Source of the DNA: Piromyces finnis finn
Lineage: Eukaryota; Fungi; Neocallimastigomycota
Assembly: GCA_002104945.1 (NCBI GenBank)
Contig: MCFH01000004.1
Location: 930,001 to 994,000, forward strand
Direction: 5' to 3'
Length of the DNA: 64,000 bases
Translations under genes and position numbers: made by a program
Shown: positions 34,836 through 48,706 of the stretch, piece after piece
Layout: each line of letters begins with the position of its first letter
Numbering within the stretch: position 1 is the first letter of the stretch
The notes under the pieces: generated by a model
The model's database searches: none
What the model saw: the letters and a program-made list of their open reading frames with translations, nothing else
Told to the model about the DNA's origin: nothing

Positions 34836-36576
34836 TTTTTTTTTTTATTCACTTATTTAACCATTTATATAATTTACAAAATGGAAAAAAAAAAGAGTAT
34901 TGTATTTAAAATATAAATAAAAAAAAAATAAAATAAGAATATTATTAAATTAAATAGTATTAATAAAAAAACATGACATATATATATTCATTATCTATAA
35001 ATATATTATTCAATAAATAAATTTTTATTTTAAATAATAAAGTGACAGGTGTATTATTCATTTTATCTTGAATATTTAAAAGTATTTTATTAATAATAAT
35101 ATACATTAAAAATGTACAACTCTATTGAATATATAATTTATAACAATTTCTTTTTCTTTTTTTTTTCTTCTTTTTTTAAAGAAATAAGAGAAAGTATTAT
35201 TTTAATATTTCTTCTTATCTCTCTCTTATCTTTATCAGATAAAATTTAAATCATTGAAATTTATAATAACATTCTTATTTCGTGTTGTATTTACTATCTC
35301 ATATTTCATATATTTTACCTATTCCTTAATTATATTGTCTAGTTTCTAATATTAATACTATTTTACTTTTTTTTTTTTTTTTTTTCTAATACCTTTATAT
35401 TAAAATATTTTTACATTATATTGATTAACTATTCTCTTTTCATAAATGACTACATATTAATGATTTTTCTTTTCTGTCTTTATTTTTTTTATTATCATTT
35501 TGTAGGTTAAAAATAAATAATATTATTATTAAAATGGATTGTAGCTTTTATAATACCTTTTCGTTGTTCCTATGGTATTCCACTTTAATATACCTTAAAA
35601 AAAAAAAAAAGTGTTCTCTATCTTACAAAAACTATAAATAATTTTTTTATTTTTATTTTAATAAAAAATTTAAAAAAAAATAATAATAATAATAATTAAA
35701 TATAAATAATTAATTTTTTTTTTTATTTTTTTTATTTATTTTTAAAATTTTGTTTTTTTTTTTTATTTAATGGATGATAATCAATTTTTGATTTTTATTT
35801 AAATTTTAAATTTATTAAAAATTAAATATCAATTTATTTAAATTAATAAATTTATTTAATTTATTATTTTTTATTCATTTACTTTTAATAAAAATTTCAT
35901 TTAAAAGTTAAATTAATTTTTTAAGGAATAATTCACTAATTTTTTCTTTTCAATATGTATTTATGGTTTACCTATCCAAAATAAACCTAAATTTAAAATT
36001 TTAAGATTTAAGTTTAAAACCCTTCCTTCATTACTTTAAAAAATTATAATAATAATATGAAAAAGAAGAAGAAGCATCACTTTGATATTGATTTAAAAGT
36101 ATTAACACTTTAATTTTGGATTATAGAAACAATATAAAGGTATATTTTTTTAAAAAAAACATTACAAACTATTTAAATAATATATATAATGTATATAATG
36201 TATATAAAAATATTCTTTTATAATTATTATCACTATTATTTTATTGTTGTTACTGTTGTTATTATTATTATTACAATTTTTATTTCATTTTTATTTTATT
36301 TTTTTTTCTCTAGGGATTTCTCTATTTTTATTTAATTAGTACACATATTTTCATAAAAAAAAATATATAGATAATTGATAATTCAAAAATATTCAATGGA
36401 TTTCAATATCTAATGATTAAAGTTAAAAATCATTATGAAAAAAAAAAATTACAAAATGTTGAGCGATTTGTATTAAATAACTGATATAAAAATTAAGATT
36501 AATTTTCTTTTTTGTAAGTGATTGTAGTATTGTCGTTTTATTTTTCAATAAAAACTTTTTTTTATTATTATTAAAT

Positions 36577-37200
36577 TCATGGAGTTTTTCTAAAACTTAA
36601 GCTATCTTTACTGGAATTTGAATGTGAAAATCTTCCTTGAGATAATCTTTTAAATTTAATTTTTATTTGATTTTGACGAGAAATTAAATTCATTATTGAA
36701 AATATGACAATAACAGCTATAATTCCAATAAATACAACCCATCGAGTAACCTTAACATAATCATTTTGAACACTGTTATTTTTATTAAATTATATGAAAG
36801 GAATGAAAAAAAAAAAAAAAATTTTTTTAATAAATAATAATTATTCATATAAAGAATTTATTTAACAACTTTTTATAACTATCATATTACAAAATATTAT
36901 AAAAACTTACAATCCAAATTTTTCTCTTATACAAGTACTTGGATAAACGCTATTCATATTGTTATGATATTTTCTATTAAAATTATATTTATATTAATAA
37001 CAGTACAATTAAACACAATGAAAAATTATAACAATAATAATAAAACTTACATTATCTTGAGCGTTTCCATATCACAAAAATCGCTTGGAATGATACCGAA
37101 TAAACGGTTGTCACTGATATCTCTGTAAAAAAAAAAAAAGTAATAATAATAAATAATATATACATTTTTTAAAAAAAAAAAATTTATAACAACAACAAAA

Positions 37201-37265
<65 letters not shown>

Positions 37266-37435
37266 ATATTATATAATATTATATTAAGATATATAATAAT
37301 TACAATAAGGCTAAATTCTTTATATCTAAAAAGGATTTTGGAATTTGACCGTAAAACTTGTTTTTGCTTAAATTTCTAAATAACATTAATAATATTGATA
37401 ATGCGAAAATTAATAATATGAATTAACATTTATAT

Positions 37436-37481
<46 letters not shown>

Positions 37482-38140
37482 AAATAAATTTACAATTCTT
37501 CAAGATGAGGTAATTGGCTGAAGAAAGATGGAATTTCACCATTAAGATTATTTCCACTGAAATTACTGTAAATATTAAATGTTTAATATATAAATAATTA
37601 TCAAATAATTTAAAACATTAAATTAGTTTTTTTTTTTTTTTATTAGCTGTATTTCATCATTGAAAACTAGAACATTAAATTATTGAATATTTTTCATAAT
37701 ATTTAATGTATATAAAATTAAATTTTTAAATTTAATATTTACATTTTTTTTAATTCATCTAAATTAACAATATTTTTTGGGATTTCGCTTATGTTTGTAT
37801 ATGATAAATCTCTATAAAAAATCAATGATTTATTTAAAATAATAATAATTTTAGCAATTTAATATGAAATTATTAAACTTAATTAATTTGATATTTCAAT
37901 GTTGGACTTTTTTTTTTTAACTGAAACTTACAAACGAGTCATACGTGTTTCGGAATTGATACTTTCACAATCAACATTTTCCATATCACAACAATTACTT
38001 TCAAAATTTTTGATTTTATAAGAATCATATATTCCTTTTAATATTTCACAATCTCTTGTTAATTTATTTGTTGCTCTAACAATGGCAATGCTGTGGTTAA
38101 AACAAAAGAATAGAGCCAAGCTCCAAAATAAATGTTTCAT
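36577..38140 (-). CDS. Secreted leucine-rich-repeat type I membrane protein (signal peptide, Cys cap, 4 LRRs, one TM helix, short basic tail); about 7 exons
   Basis: Signal-like MKHLFWSLALFFCFNHSIAIVRA, then Cys cap DCEILK..CCDMENVDC. Repeats: DLSYTNISEIP, NFSGNNLNGEIP, NLSKNKFYGQIP and DISDNRLFGIIP. TM segment WVVFIGIIAVIVIFSIMNLI, then tail SRQNQIKIKFKRL..RKTP*. Confidence 0.82.
37201..37260. repeat. (ATT)20 intronic microsatellite
   Basis: Perfect run inside an intron of the LRR gene. Confidence 0.9.
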
Positions 38141-41100
38141 TATATAATTATTATTCATATTCCTTAATTTAATTTACTTTGTATTACTAAACAAAAATTA
38201 TTATATTAATATATTTTTAAATATTATCAAAATTGATATTATTATTATTATTATTATTAAACGGTCCAAAAATAAATAATAATATTTTATACTATTCAAT
38301 TCTTTAATTCAAGAATTAAATATAAAAAAAGAAAAATGTTTTGAAAAAAAAAAAAAATAAAAAACTTGGTAATTATAATTTTATTTTTTAAAAAAAAAAA
38401 AAAAATGAAATTTTTAATCATGTGATTTTATTTTAAATTTAAAAGGATAATTTTTCCACCAACCTATTTCGTTTTTTAAAAAATAAAATATTTCATTTTT
38501 CTAAAAAAAAGGAAAAGTCAATGATAACGCTATTGATAACTATTATTTCATCGAGAAAAAAATATCATCTAATAAAATATAAAATATATCTTATTTAAAA
38601 GGAGAATAGAAAAAAAAGTTTTTTATACAAATAAAAATGTTTAAAATTTTAATTTTGATTGTTTTTATTTATAGTTCTTTTAGAAAAATCTATACAATTT
38701 ATAAATGTAACTTTATACATGTTTATTTTTTTTGTAATAAATATTTTTATTTTTCTTATTTATCCTACAACATCAATAGATTAACTAAAAAGTTATTTAT
38801 TTTAAAAAATGTATTGTTATTTTACAACCTTTTAATGTTATATATCCTTTTTTTTTTATACGATTAAGATAAGTAATTATATTTTATATTTTATTTAATT
38901 TTACAAACTTTTTAAATTTAGAAAAAGAAAATAAAATTAAAAAAAAAAAAATGTTTTCAATATATCTTTGATCTATTATTATATACATTGTATCTATAAC
39001 ATTAGAAAAGTATATTAGATATCCCTAGACTACTAGTAATTATGTAGTTATTTAAATAAACAGTTGTATTTTTATATTGTATTTTTTTTTTATTTTCTAC
39101 TTTAAAAAAAATTTTATTATTTTAATAATAAATAAAAAAAAAAAAAAACTCTTTATTTGTTGATTATAATAAAAAAAATCTTAATGATAATGATAAATGA
39201 TATTGCTTTTAATATTACTTTTACATTAAAAGAATAATCTTAAATAAAATAATATTAGTTTATATAATAACAATAATAATAATAATTGATGAATAGAATG
39301 GCATATTTCTTTTTTTTTTTATCTATTTTTCTTTTTCCTTTTCTTTTTAATTTAATAATTGTAATTAGGAATGACTTTAAATTTGGAATAATATTTAAGT
39401 TTTAATTTAAAATAATTGTATAATGTACCGAATTATTAATAGTAATAGATAAAAAATATTTATCCTCTGTGAGATAAAATTATATATTAGAATAAAAATT
39501 AAATTTGAATCGTCGTCATTAGTATTTAATACCAAATTAAACTTATTAGGATAAAGTTTGAATTATTAATAGATTAATTAATTATCTTATTCTTAATTGA
39601 TATTAACCTAACTTTTTATACTAGTATTTTTTTTTTCTATTAAATTATTATTTAAAAACAACTTTTATTATAAACTATCTATGAAAGATATTAATTAACT
39701 ATAAATATGATATATTTAATTTATTTATTATATCAATTATAGAATTAATTCTATAATAAATAAATATACATTAATGTGAACTTTATTACTAAATTTAGTT
39801 TAAATAATAATAATAAAATAAAATACTCTCTTTTTTACAAATTAAATAATTCATACTATCATTTAAAATATTTAAAATGAATATAAAGTTTTAATTATTA
39901 ATATTAAATTTGTATTAATTATGAATATTAATTATGAAATTAATCAGTTATAAATTATAATTAATGGTACAAAATATCATTTTATTATTTTAAATTTATT
40001 CTTCATTATTTTGTAAAATAAATTTTCACATAAAAAAAAAAAAGGTAATAATAAGTAATATTTATTATTAATATTAATATTATTTTATTTTTAACTAATT
40101 AAGAGAATATAGAATGAATGATAATTAATGATTCATTCATTTAATATATTTTTATTTTTTTCATTTTAATTTTTTTTTTAAAAATTTCTTTCTTTTTTTT
40201 TTTTTTACAAAGAATTTATATAATTAAATTTTTAATTTTTATCCTCTTTAAAAAATAATAATAATAATACAATAGAAAAAAAAAAAACAATAAATAAAAA
40301 AAAAAGGTAAAATCTAAAAATTTATATATAAAAAATAAATCGTTTCAAATATTGTTAACTTGGAACAGCAGTTTAATAAATTCAATTACATAATGGAAAC
40401 AAACTAAAATACCATTGGAAATATTAAATAAGAAGTATTACACTCAGGAATATATACAAATTTTCAATATTAAATCAAAAAATATATATCCATAAAAATA
40501 TTTAATAATAGGAATTGAATAGATAGATAGAGATACAAACACATATATACGTATATAATATTGACAGATTGTTAATAATATTATCATAATTTTTATGTGT
40601 GATAGATCATTATAATACATTAGAATATTTAAAATTTAATATAAAATCAATACAATAATAACCATTATTAATAATTAATTATTATTTCCTTTTTTCAATA
40701 AAACGATTTTCTTTTATTTTATAATATATACTAAAAAGGTAAAAAATAAAAGGATATTTATGCATATATACTTTGTATGCAAAAAAAAAAAATCATCTTT
40801 ATATAAAATAATATCTATTAAAAAATAAAATATAATTTTAATAATAGAATTAATACATCAAAAAAAAGGCAATAAAATCAATAATATAATAATATAATAA
40901 CAATAATAACATTTCTTTAAAACTATAATTATATTAATTATTAAAAAAAAATAATAAGATAAAATTTACTATTAAAGTTAAATCATCCATAAAAGTAAAT
41001 AAAAAAAAAATAAAATAAAATAAATTAAAAAGGAAATCATTATAGAATTTCCTTATTTGGAATGAATAATAAATTAATATAATAAAATAGTAAAGTTTAA

Positions 41101-41778
41101 AAAAGAAAAAGTGACTTTTTAATAGTAATATAATATATTTTATAAAATATCTTTTTTTTTTTTACACATTACTTTTTGTATAAAGATATAAAAACAACAT
41201 TTAATATTTATATATTTAAAGATAGCGATTTTAAAAAATAATAATAAAAAAAAAAAAAGAATAAATGAGTTATTAAAAGTACATATAATTCTTTTTATTA
41301 GAAAAAAAAAGTCAAAAAAGAAATAATACATGAAATAAAGAGAATATTATATATAATTTATAAAAAAAAATCTTTTTATATATAAAATATTTTTACAATA
41401 ATGTAAAGGAAAAAATAAGATTAAATATTATATTAGATTATATTAGTAGTCATTATATGTTTTTAATAACGTATAATAAATATTAAAAGAAAAGTGTTTA
41501 TGATTTCAATAAAAAAAAAAAAAAAGCAATGATATGTATAGCATTATAAATATCTAATTATAATTAAAGTATACAAATAAAAAAGAATTATTATAAGTCT
41601 CTTATCATATATTTTTAATAATAATAATAGTAATAACAATTAATATTGTTGTCATTAGAAAATGTTATTTAATTATTCAAAATAATTTTATTTTATAGAA
41701 AAATTAAAGAATAACGAAATCAAATTATTAATATTATCTTTATTTTTTTTTTTTTTTAAAGAATAATTATAATCATCA

Positions 41779-43322
41779 ATGGGTAATGCATTCTCCATTT
41801 TTGGTTCTGGTGATAGTATCCCAGATATACTATTAGACTTAGATTGTAAGCATTAATATTATAATAAAAAATATATACTACCAATATCTTTTTATTATTA
41901 TCATTTTTCATATATGAATAAATAATCAGAATGATAATAAAATTGGTATAATTAATTAATAAAATATAGGTACCAACACAAAACCTGAAGAAGTTGAAGT
42001 ATATAAATATGCAACAAAAATTTTGCAACCAACTGAAGCTGTTTTAAAGTCCTTGAAACAATATACAGGTTGTGGTGAATTAATTAGAAAGGCAATTTCA
42101 ACACCAAATAGACAAAATGAAGAAGAAGCTTGGAATGCTTTATGTCCATCAGTATCCAAACTTAAGGATTATTATGAATTTGCTCAAAAAATAGCAGAAG
42201 CATTTCCACAACTTTTGAAAAAATTATGTACTGGTAATGTTGAAAATAATCTTAGAAATTTCCAAACTGTATTAAAATGTTTTGGTGATATTTTACATTT
42301 TGTTTCACAATGGGATGATTTAAAGGTATAAATAAAACGATTATTAATAGTATTTTATTGAATAGATTAATGTATTTTATAGAATAATTGGTATTCATTA
42401 ATATAATCTTTTTATTTAAAACTAATATAGATGACTAATCCAGCTATTCAAAATGATTTCTCATATTATAGAAGAACATTATCAAGAAATAAAGGAGTAT
42501 ATATCATAAATATATATATATATAAAATATTATTGAAATATAAATTATGTGTTAGTATACAGAGAAAACTAATATATTTTAATTAAATAAATAAAAGACT
42601 CAAAGTGATAAAATTCCAGTTCAAGATGAATTAGCTAATAAAATGTCATTATTCTACGCCTATTCTACTCCAATGTTAAAAATTATTACAGATGCTACTT
42701 TAGAATGCATTAATAATGTATGTAATGATATATATGAATATGAGAAATATTACTGTGACTCTACAACAATAAATCATTTAAATTATTAAATTATTAATGA
42801 TTATATTATGATTTTATTTTTTTTATTTATTTTTAATTATCAAAATATATAAAACAAAACAAAACAAATAGGATCCTGACATTAGTCTTTCTCAAGTTAC
42901 TCAATGTTTATCTATGTTATCTTACTCACACTATAATTCTATCGTTAAAAATCGGTAATATATCAGTTCAATAATAATATAATAATAATAGTAATATAAA
43001 CATTATTCTTTCATAATTTTATTATTATTATTATTAATAAATATATATATTTTTTTTTTTCTTTTTTTAAAGTATTGCAAATCCACAGTTAAAACCTTAC
43101 TGTTTAAGAGTAATGACTATTTGCATTATTCTTTATGACCATATAGAACCAAACGGTGTCTTTATTAAAGCTTCAAAAGTTAATATTAAAGGATATATCA
43201 AGATTATACAAAACAATGGTGGTACTGATACTGAACCATTATTAAACGCATTAAGATATACCTCAAAACATTTGAATGATGAAACTACACCAAAAAATAT
43301 TAAGGCTATTTTAACTTCTTAA
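41779..43322 (+). CDS. CYRI: CYRI/FAM49 (CYFIP-related Rac1 interactor, DUF1394)
   Basis: Starts MGNAFSIFG (Gly2 N-myristoylation context). Motifs LKQYTGCGELIRKAISTP..EEAWNAL, WDDLK|MTNPAIQNDFSYYRRTLSR, ELANKMSLFYAYSTPMLK, VMTICIILYDHIEPNGVF and LLNALRYTSKHLNDETTPKNIK. Confidence 0.95.
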
Positions 43323-46300
43323 AAATTCACTAAAAATGTTCACCTTTGTATGCCATAAAAAAAATCAAAACAAAACAAAAATTACAAAAAAAAATATTAT
43401 ATTAGAAATTAAACTATATAATTTAATATTTTTATTTTTTATATAAAAAAAGTTGGAAAAAAAAAAAAAAGAAAATTAAAAAATATATATAAAACTATTT
43501 ATAAAAGATATCCCATAAGTATCTTTTTTTTTTCTTTTCTTTTATTTCTTTCTTTCTTTCTTTATTACTTGTTTCTTCACTACAATAAATTTTATCGAGC
43601 TTTTTTAAATTTTAATTTTACAACTATTAAAATATTATTTTAATACAATATTATTATCTATGGATTTATGATTCTTTTATTTTTTTTAAATAAAAATAAC
43701 CATAATTTATTTAATAATCAAACAACAACATTATCATTATCATGGAAAAAAATTATATATATATGCATTAAAGTTTTTTTTTTTTGAAGCAAAAAAGAAA
43801 AAAAGAATAGTTTTCTTTTTGGTAGGAAGTAACTACCTAGTTGAATAATTTCATAGGAGAAGTTTGTTTATGAATTAATTGATTAAAGATAAAGTATTAG
43901 AAAATATTTTAAAGCCTTTTTTAAGAGAATGTATGTATTACCTACTTTGAAATAAAGTGAAAATTGATTTTTTTATAATCTTTTCATGTTTACTCTCTTC
44001 TTAGTCTAAAAAAAAAAAATAATAAACTTTTCATAATGAAAATATTTAAAGTACATTATTTAAATGTAATATTACCAATAAATTCTGGTATTTTTATTTT
44101 TTTTTGTGGTAGAATTGTGGTATGGATTTTTCATTCTATTCTATAATAAATTATTTATGATGAATAATTTTATAAACTAAAAATGTATCCAAATTATTTT
44201 TTAATTTATATTAAAAACATTCATATATTATTATATATGATGCAATCGATTGAAAAATTAATTAATAATTTAAATAATAAAAATAATAATTAAAATTATA
44301 CAACCATTTTATTTGTACTAAGAATAAATAAATTAAAAGAACATTTTTATTTCTTTTAACATGTGATAAAAATAATAATAAAAAAAGGCACAATATATTT
44401 ACTTTTAATAATACTTTTGAATAATAATTATTAAATAATATTAAATTCGTGGCTTTAATAAATATGTACAATAGTTTTAATAATTTTTCATTCTTATGTT
44501 GTTTCCATTTTAGAACTATAAAAAAAATAAGCAAAATTTTTTTAATCCTAATAAATCTTTGCTTTTTTTTTTTTTTTTTTTTTTAAAAACTAACATAATA
44601 AAAAGGAAGGAATAGAAAGAAAGAAGGAATGAATGTTTCATTCATAAAGTGTTAATTCAATAGTATAAGGATTAGGATGATAGTAAAAAAAAAAAAAATG
44701 AAAATCGATGGAATAATCATTAATGAATTAAATTCCATAATAATATATAATATTAATTAAATTCAATAGGATTTTAAATATATTAGATTATACTTTGTAT
44801 TTAATATCAATTTAGTAATTAAAAATTTTAATTTATAATTAAATTGACATCATTTATTTTATTTATAAACACAGAAAAAAAAAATTTTTTTTTTTTAAAG
44901 TTTATATTTCTTTAAAACTTACAAGGTAAAAAATAAAAAAAAAAAAAGTAAATGGCCACAAATAAAAGAAACGAATGAAACATTGAAATTGAATAATAAA
45001 AAATATAAAAAAATATTAAAAAAACGAAAGAAAAGTAAAAAAAAAAGTTTTGTTTAAAAATAAAAAAAAATTAAATTTTAATTAAAATTTTATTCAATTA
45101 TTTAAGAAAGAAAGAATAAAAAGAAAAAACACACAATCAGTAGTGCGACTACTATTCTTTTTTTTATTTATTTATTTAAAAAAGTATTTAATAAATAATT
45201 ATTAAAAGTTAATAGATATCAAATAGAAAATAGAAAAAAAAATTGTAATATACCTTTTTAACTATAAACTCAATAATAAAGTAATAATATAAAGGAAAGA
45301 GTAACTAACAAATTACAAGAAAAATTATACTATCTAATTATATAATTCTATATATTATATTGTTTTGCAATAAAAAAAATAAAATAATATAGATATAATA
45401 GGATAAGTAAGCAATAAAATAAAATAAATAAGAATTTTTTTGAAAAAAAAAAAAAAATTGTTAGATTATCATTTATTTAAAATACATATTTATAACATAT
45501 TTTTAATTCAAAAATAATTTTTATTTTAATGAATATAAAGTTAACTTAACAAAATATACATTTTCAAATTTAAACAAAGAAAAGTTTACAAAGGTTTTTA
45601 TATTAAAGAAACCAAGCTCTCTATAAAATAATAAGAATAATAAAAAAAATTTTTTTTTATAATTTAATAGAAAAAGAAAAGAAAAAAAAAATAATCTGCT
45701 TTTCTTTTTTTTCATATATATATATATATTCACATACGCACACACATATATACATACTTTCCCAAGTTATTTTAATATTAAATTCAAAGCAATTTAAAAA
45801 AAAAAGTAAAGAAAAGATTTTAAGAAGGAATTTAAAAATTTTCAAAATCTTTCCCCAATAACTGAAGATTTTTATTTTTATATAAAATATAATAAAAAAA
45901 ATTAATAAATATTTTTCTTTTAAAAAAGTTAATAAATATTTTTTTTTTTATAAAAGTATTCAATTGAAATTTAATTTTTTTATTTTTTAATATTAAATTA
46001 AAATTCATCAATAATATTATTTTCTTATAATATTATTGGAATCTATCATAGTATTAGTATTACATATATATTTGTTATATACTTTAATATTAACAAATTA
46101 TTAAATCTTATCAAATAATATTATTGATATAATTTTACATTTTATCATAATAATATTAAAAATAATTGTTATTATCAGCTATCTAGCTATCCCTTTCCTG
46201 TAAATTTAATAAATATATAATTGAAATAATAAGAATATTATTTATTTCAATACCCTTAATTTCAACCAAAAAAAAAAAAAAAAAACGAAAATTTAGCAAT

Positions 46301-46717
46301 TTATACATATACAAAATATTGTATCCCTCTACAACAAGAAACTATAATTACTCTCTCACCCCACTTTTTTTTTTTTTTTTCATATTCCAGAATTAAAATT
46401 TAGTATAATCAAATTTTAATAGTGAAAATTATTAAATTTTGATTATAAATCCAAAAAAAAAATACTTGTAGTTACATATATAACAAAAAAGCAAGCAAAA
46501 TTAAAATTATATATTAAAATATTGTAATTATTTATTAATATATATAATATATATAATAATAAAGAAATCGATATTCTAAAAAGTATATCAAAATACAATA
46601 CACATAAATAAAAGAAAACAACAAAAACAAACAAACGAAAAAAAAAAAAAAGAAATAGTAAAAAACAATAATAAACATACAAATAAATTAATTATAAAAA
46701 ATTTATGAATTTATAAA

Positions 46718-48024
46718 ATGAATCAATGTAATAGAAAATCCATAATGTTTATTGTCTATTTTATATATATTCATATGAAAAAACTTTTGTTTTTTTTATT
46801 AAATTTAAAGAGTACAACTCTTACCATAAAAACTACATCTCAAAAATCAAAAGTAATTAAAAGAAAATCGGTAATAACAAAATCTATTAATTCCTCCTCT
46901 TCCTCCTCCTCTGTAGAATCTAATGATGAGGAAAGTGATGTAAAGTCATATTCAAATTCTGAAATAAAAACTGAAAATATATCTATTAAAAATAACTCAA
47001 CCTCTGTAAATAAAAATATAAAAAAGTTAAAAGAGAATACATTAACAGATACCAGTGTAAATAGTAATAAAAATACAATAGAAAGTAAAGATACCAATGT
47101 TTTAAATGAAACTATTTCTTCAAGCGAAAATAGTTCATTAAAAGATAAATCTAAAAAGTCTACAATAGAAGATAAAAAATCTGAAATTAATTCAACAAGT
47201 ACAGCATATAGCGAATCAAAACAAATATGTAGGGTAAAACGTTCACCTTCTATTGCTGTTCGTAGAAAAAGAAAAGAAAAGAAAGTTTTGGTTTTAGATT
47301 TAGATGAAACACTTATACATTCCACTTCTCGTGGTTCAAGAAAACATGATTATATGATAGAAGTTTTACTTGATAAACATATTTGCCTCTACTACGTTTA
47401 TAAAAGGCCATATGTTGATAGTTTCTTAAAAAAAGTTAGTGAATGGTATAAAGTTGTTGTTTTTACTGCTTCATTAAAAGAATATGCTGATCCTGTTATA
47501 GATTATTTAGACCCTGAAAAAAAAATATTTTCTAAACGTTATTTCAGAGAGGTGAGTTTACCATAGTCAATTTATATATACATATACTCTTTTTTTTGTT
47601 TTCCCTTTTCATTAAATTTTCAAATAGAAAGTATTAATTGTACATTAACTCTAAAAAAATAAAAATAAAAAAAAATTTTTTTTTTTATCATATATAGTCA
47701 TGCCAATTCAGGAATGGTATTTATATGAAAGATTTACAAATTATAGAAAAAGATTTATCAAAAATTTGCCTTGTGGATAATTCATCATTTTCTTATGAAA
47801 TAAATAAAGGTAATATAAAATTATATATATAGTTATTTAAAATTTTATTTAGAAAGTTTTTTATTAATATATATAAATTTATTCAATTTTAAAAAGAAAA
47901 TGGAATTCCAATCGAAACTTGGATCAATGATCCAAAAGACAGAGAATTATTGAATCTATTACCATTTTTGGATTCACTAAGATTTGTTGAAGATGTTAGG
48001 TCTATATTATCTCTTCGTTTATAG
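46718..48024 (+). CDS. NEM1: Nem1/CTDNEP1 (Dullard) HAD-family phosphatase (NIF/FCP1-like domain)
   Basis: Hydrophobic N-terminus, low-complexity linker, then [15 protein letters not shown] (DxDxT), [38 protein letters not shown]|[56 protein letters not shown]. The start codon is uncertain. Confidence 0.85.
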
Positions 48025-48145
48025 TTTTACAAATGAAAACTAGATAAATTATTATTTAGATTTGGATTTTATTGATAATATCTTTTTTTTTTTTTTTTTA
48101 AAAAAAAAAATATAATTAATTAATATTATGATTTTTATATTTTAC

Positions 48146-48176
<31 letters not shown>

Positions 48177-48181
48177 TATAC

Positions 48182-48232
<51 letters not shown>
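48182..48232. repeat. (AAT)~17 intergenic microsatellite
   Basis: Direct reading; it lies between the convergent NEM1 and SPIDR-like genes. Confidence 0.85.
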
Positions 48233-48706
48233 TTAGCATACAAATAGATATTTATAGATAATTATGATATAAGCATGTACGTAATTTTAAGAATATATAT
48301 TGGGAAAATTTTTGAAAATTATTATCATTTATGTTAAGAAATGAATTAGTTATTTTTTGTATATTTTTTTTTTTCTATAAAAAATAATAATAATAGAATA
48401 TCAATAAAATAAAGAAATAAAGAAAAAAGAAAAAACCCAAATACACTTGCATATAGTGTAGGCAATATATAATTTATAAAATTGTGGTATTTTGAAGTAT
48501 TTATTAATAAATAAACTATAGATGTATTTTCTATTAAATATATATGTATATATATTACTCTTTGAAATTCTTTTGAATTATTATAAAGAAATAATATAGG
48601 TGCATCAAGTAAAAAGTGAAATATAGAAAGGATTAAAAACAAGCAAACAAGCAAATAAACAAACAAAAAAAAAAATTGATTTAATAAAGATAGAATTAAA
48701 TATTTG

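Noticed and set aside
35530-36140. Exon-like fragments on the minus strand (ILKWNTIGTTK; NEGRVLNLNLKILNLGLFWI followed by GT)
   Set aside because: No start codon, continuous frame or recognisable family could be assembled.
38637-46682. Short Phe/Ile/Leu/Tyr/Lys-rich ORFs in the track (for example 38637, 41140, 44262, 45521, 45657, 46443)
   Set aside because: Composition expected from random translation of A/T-rich non-coding DNA; no motifs or splice support.
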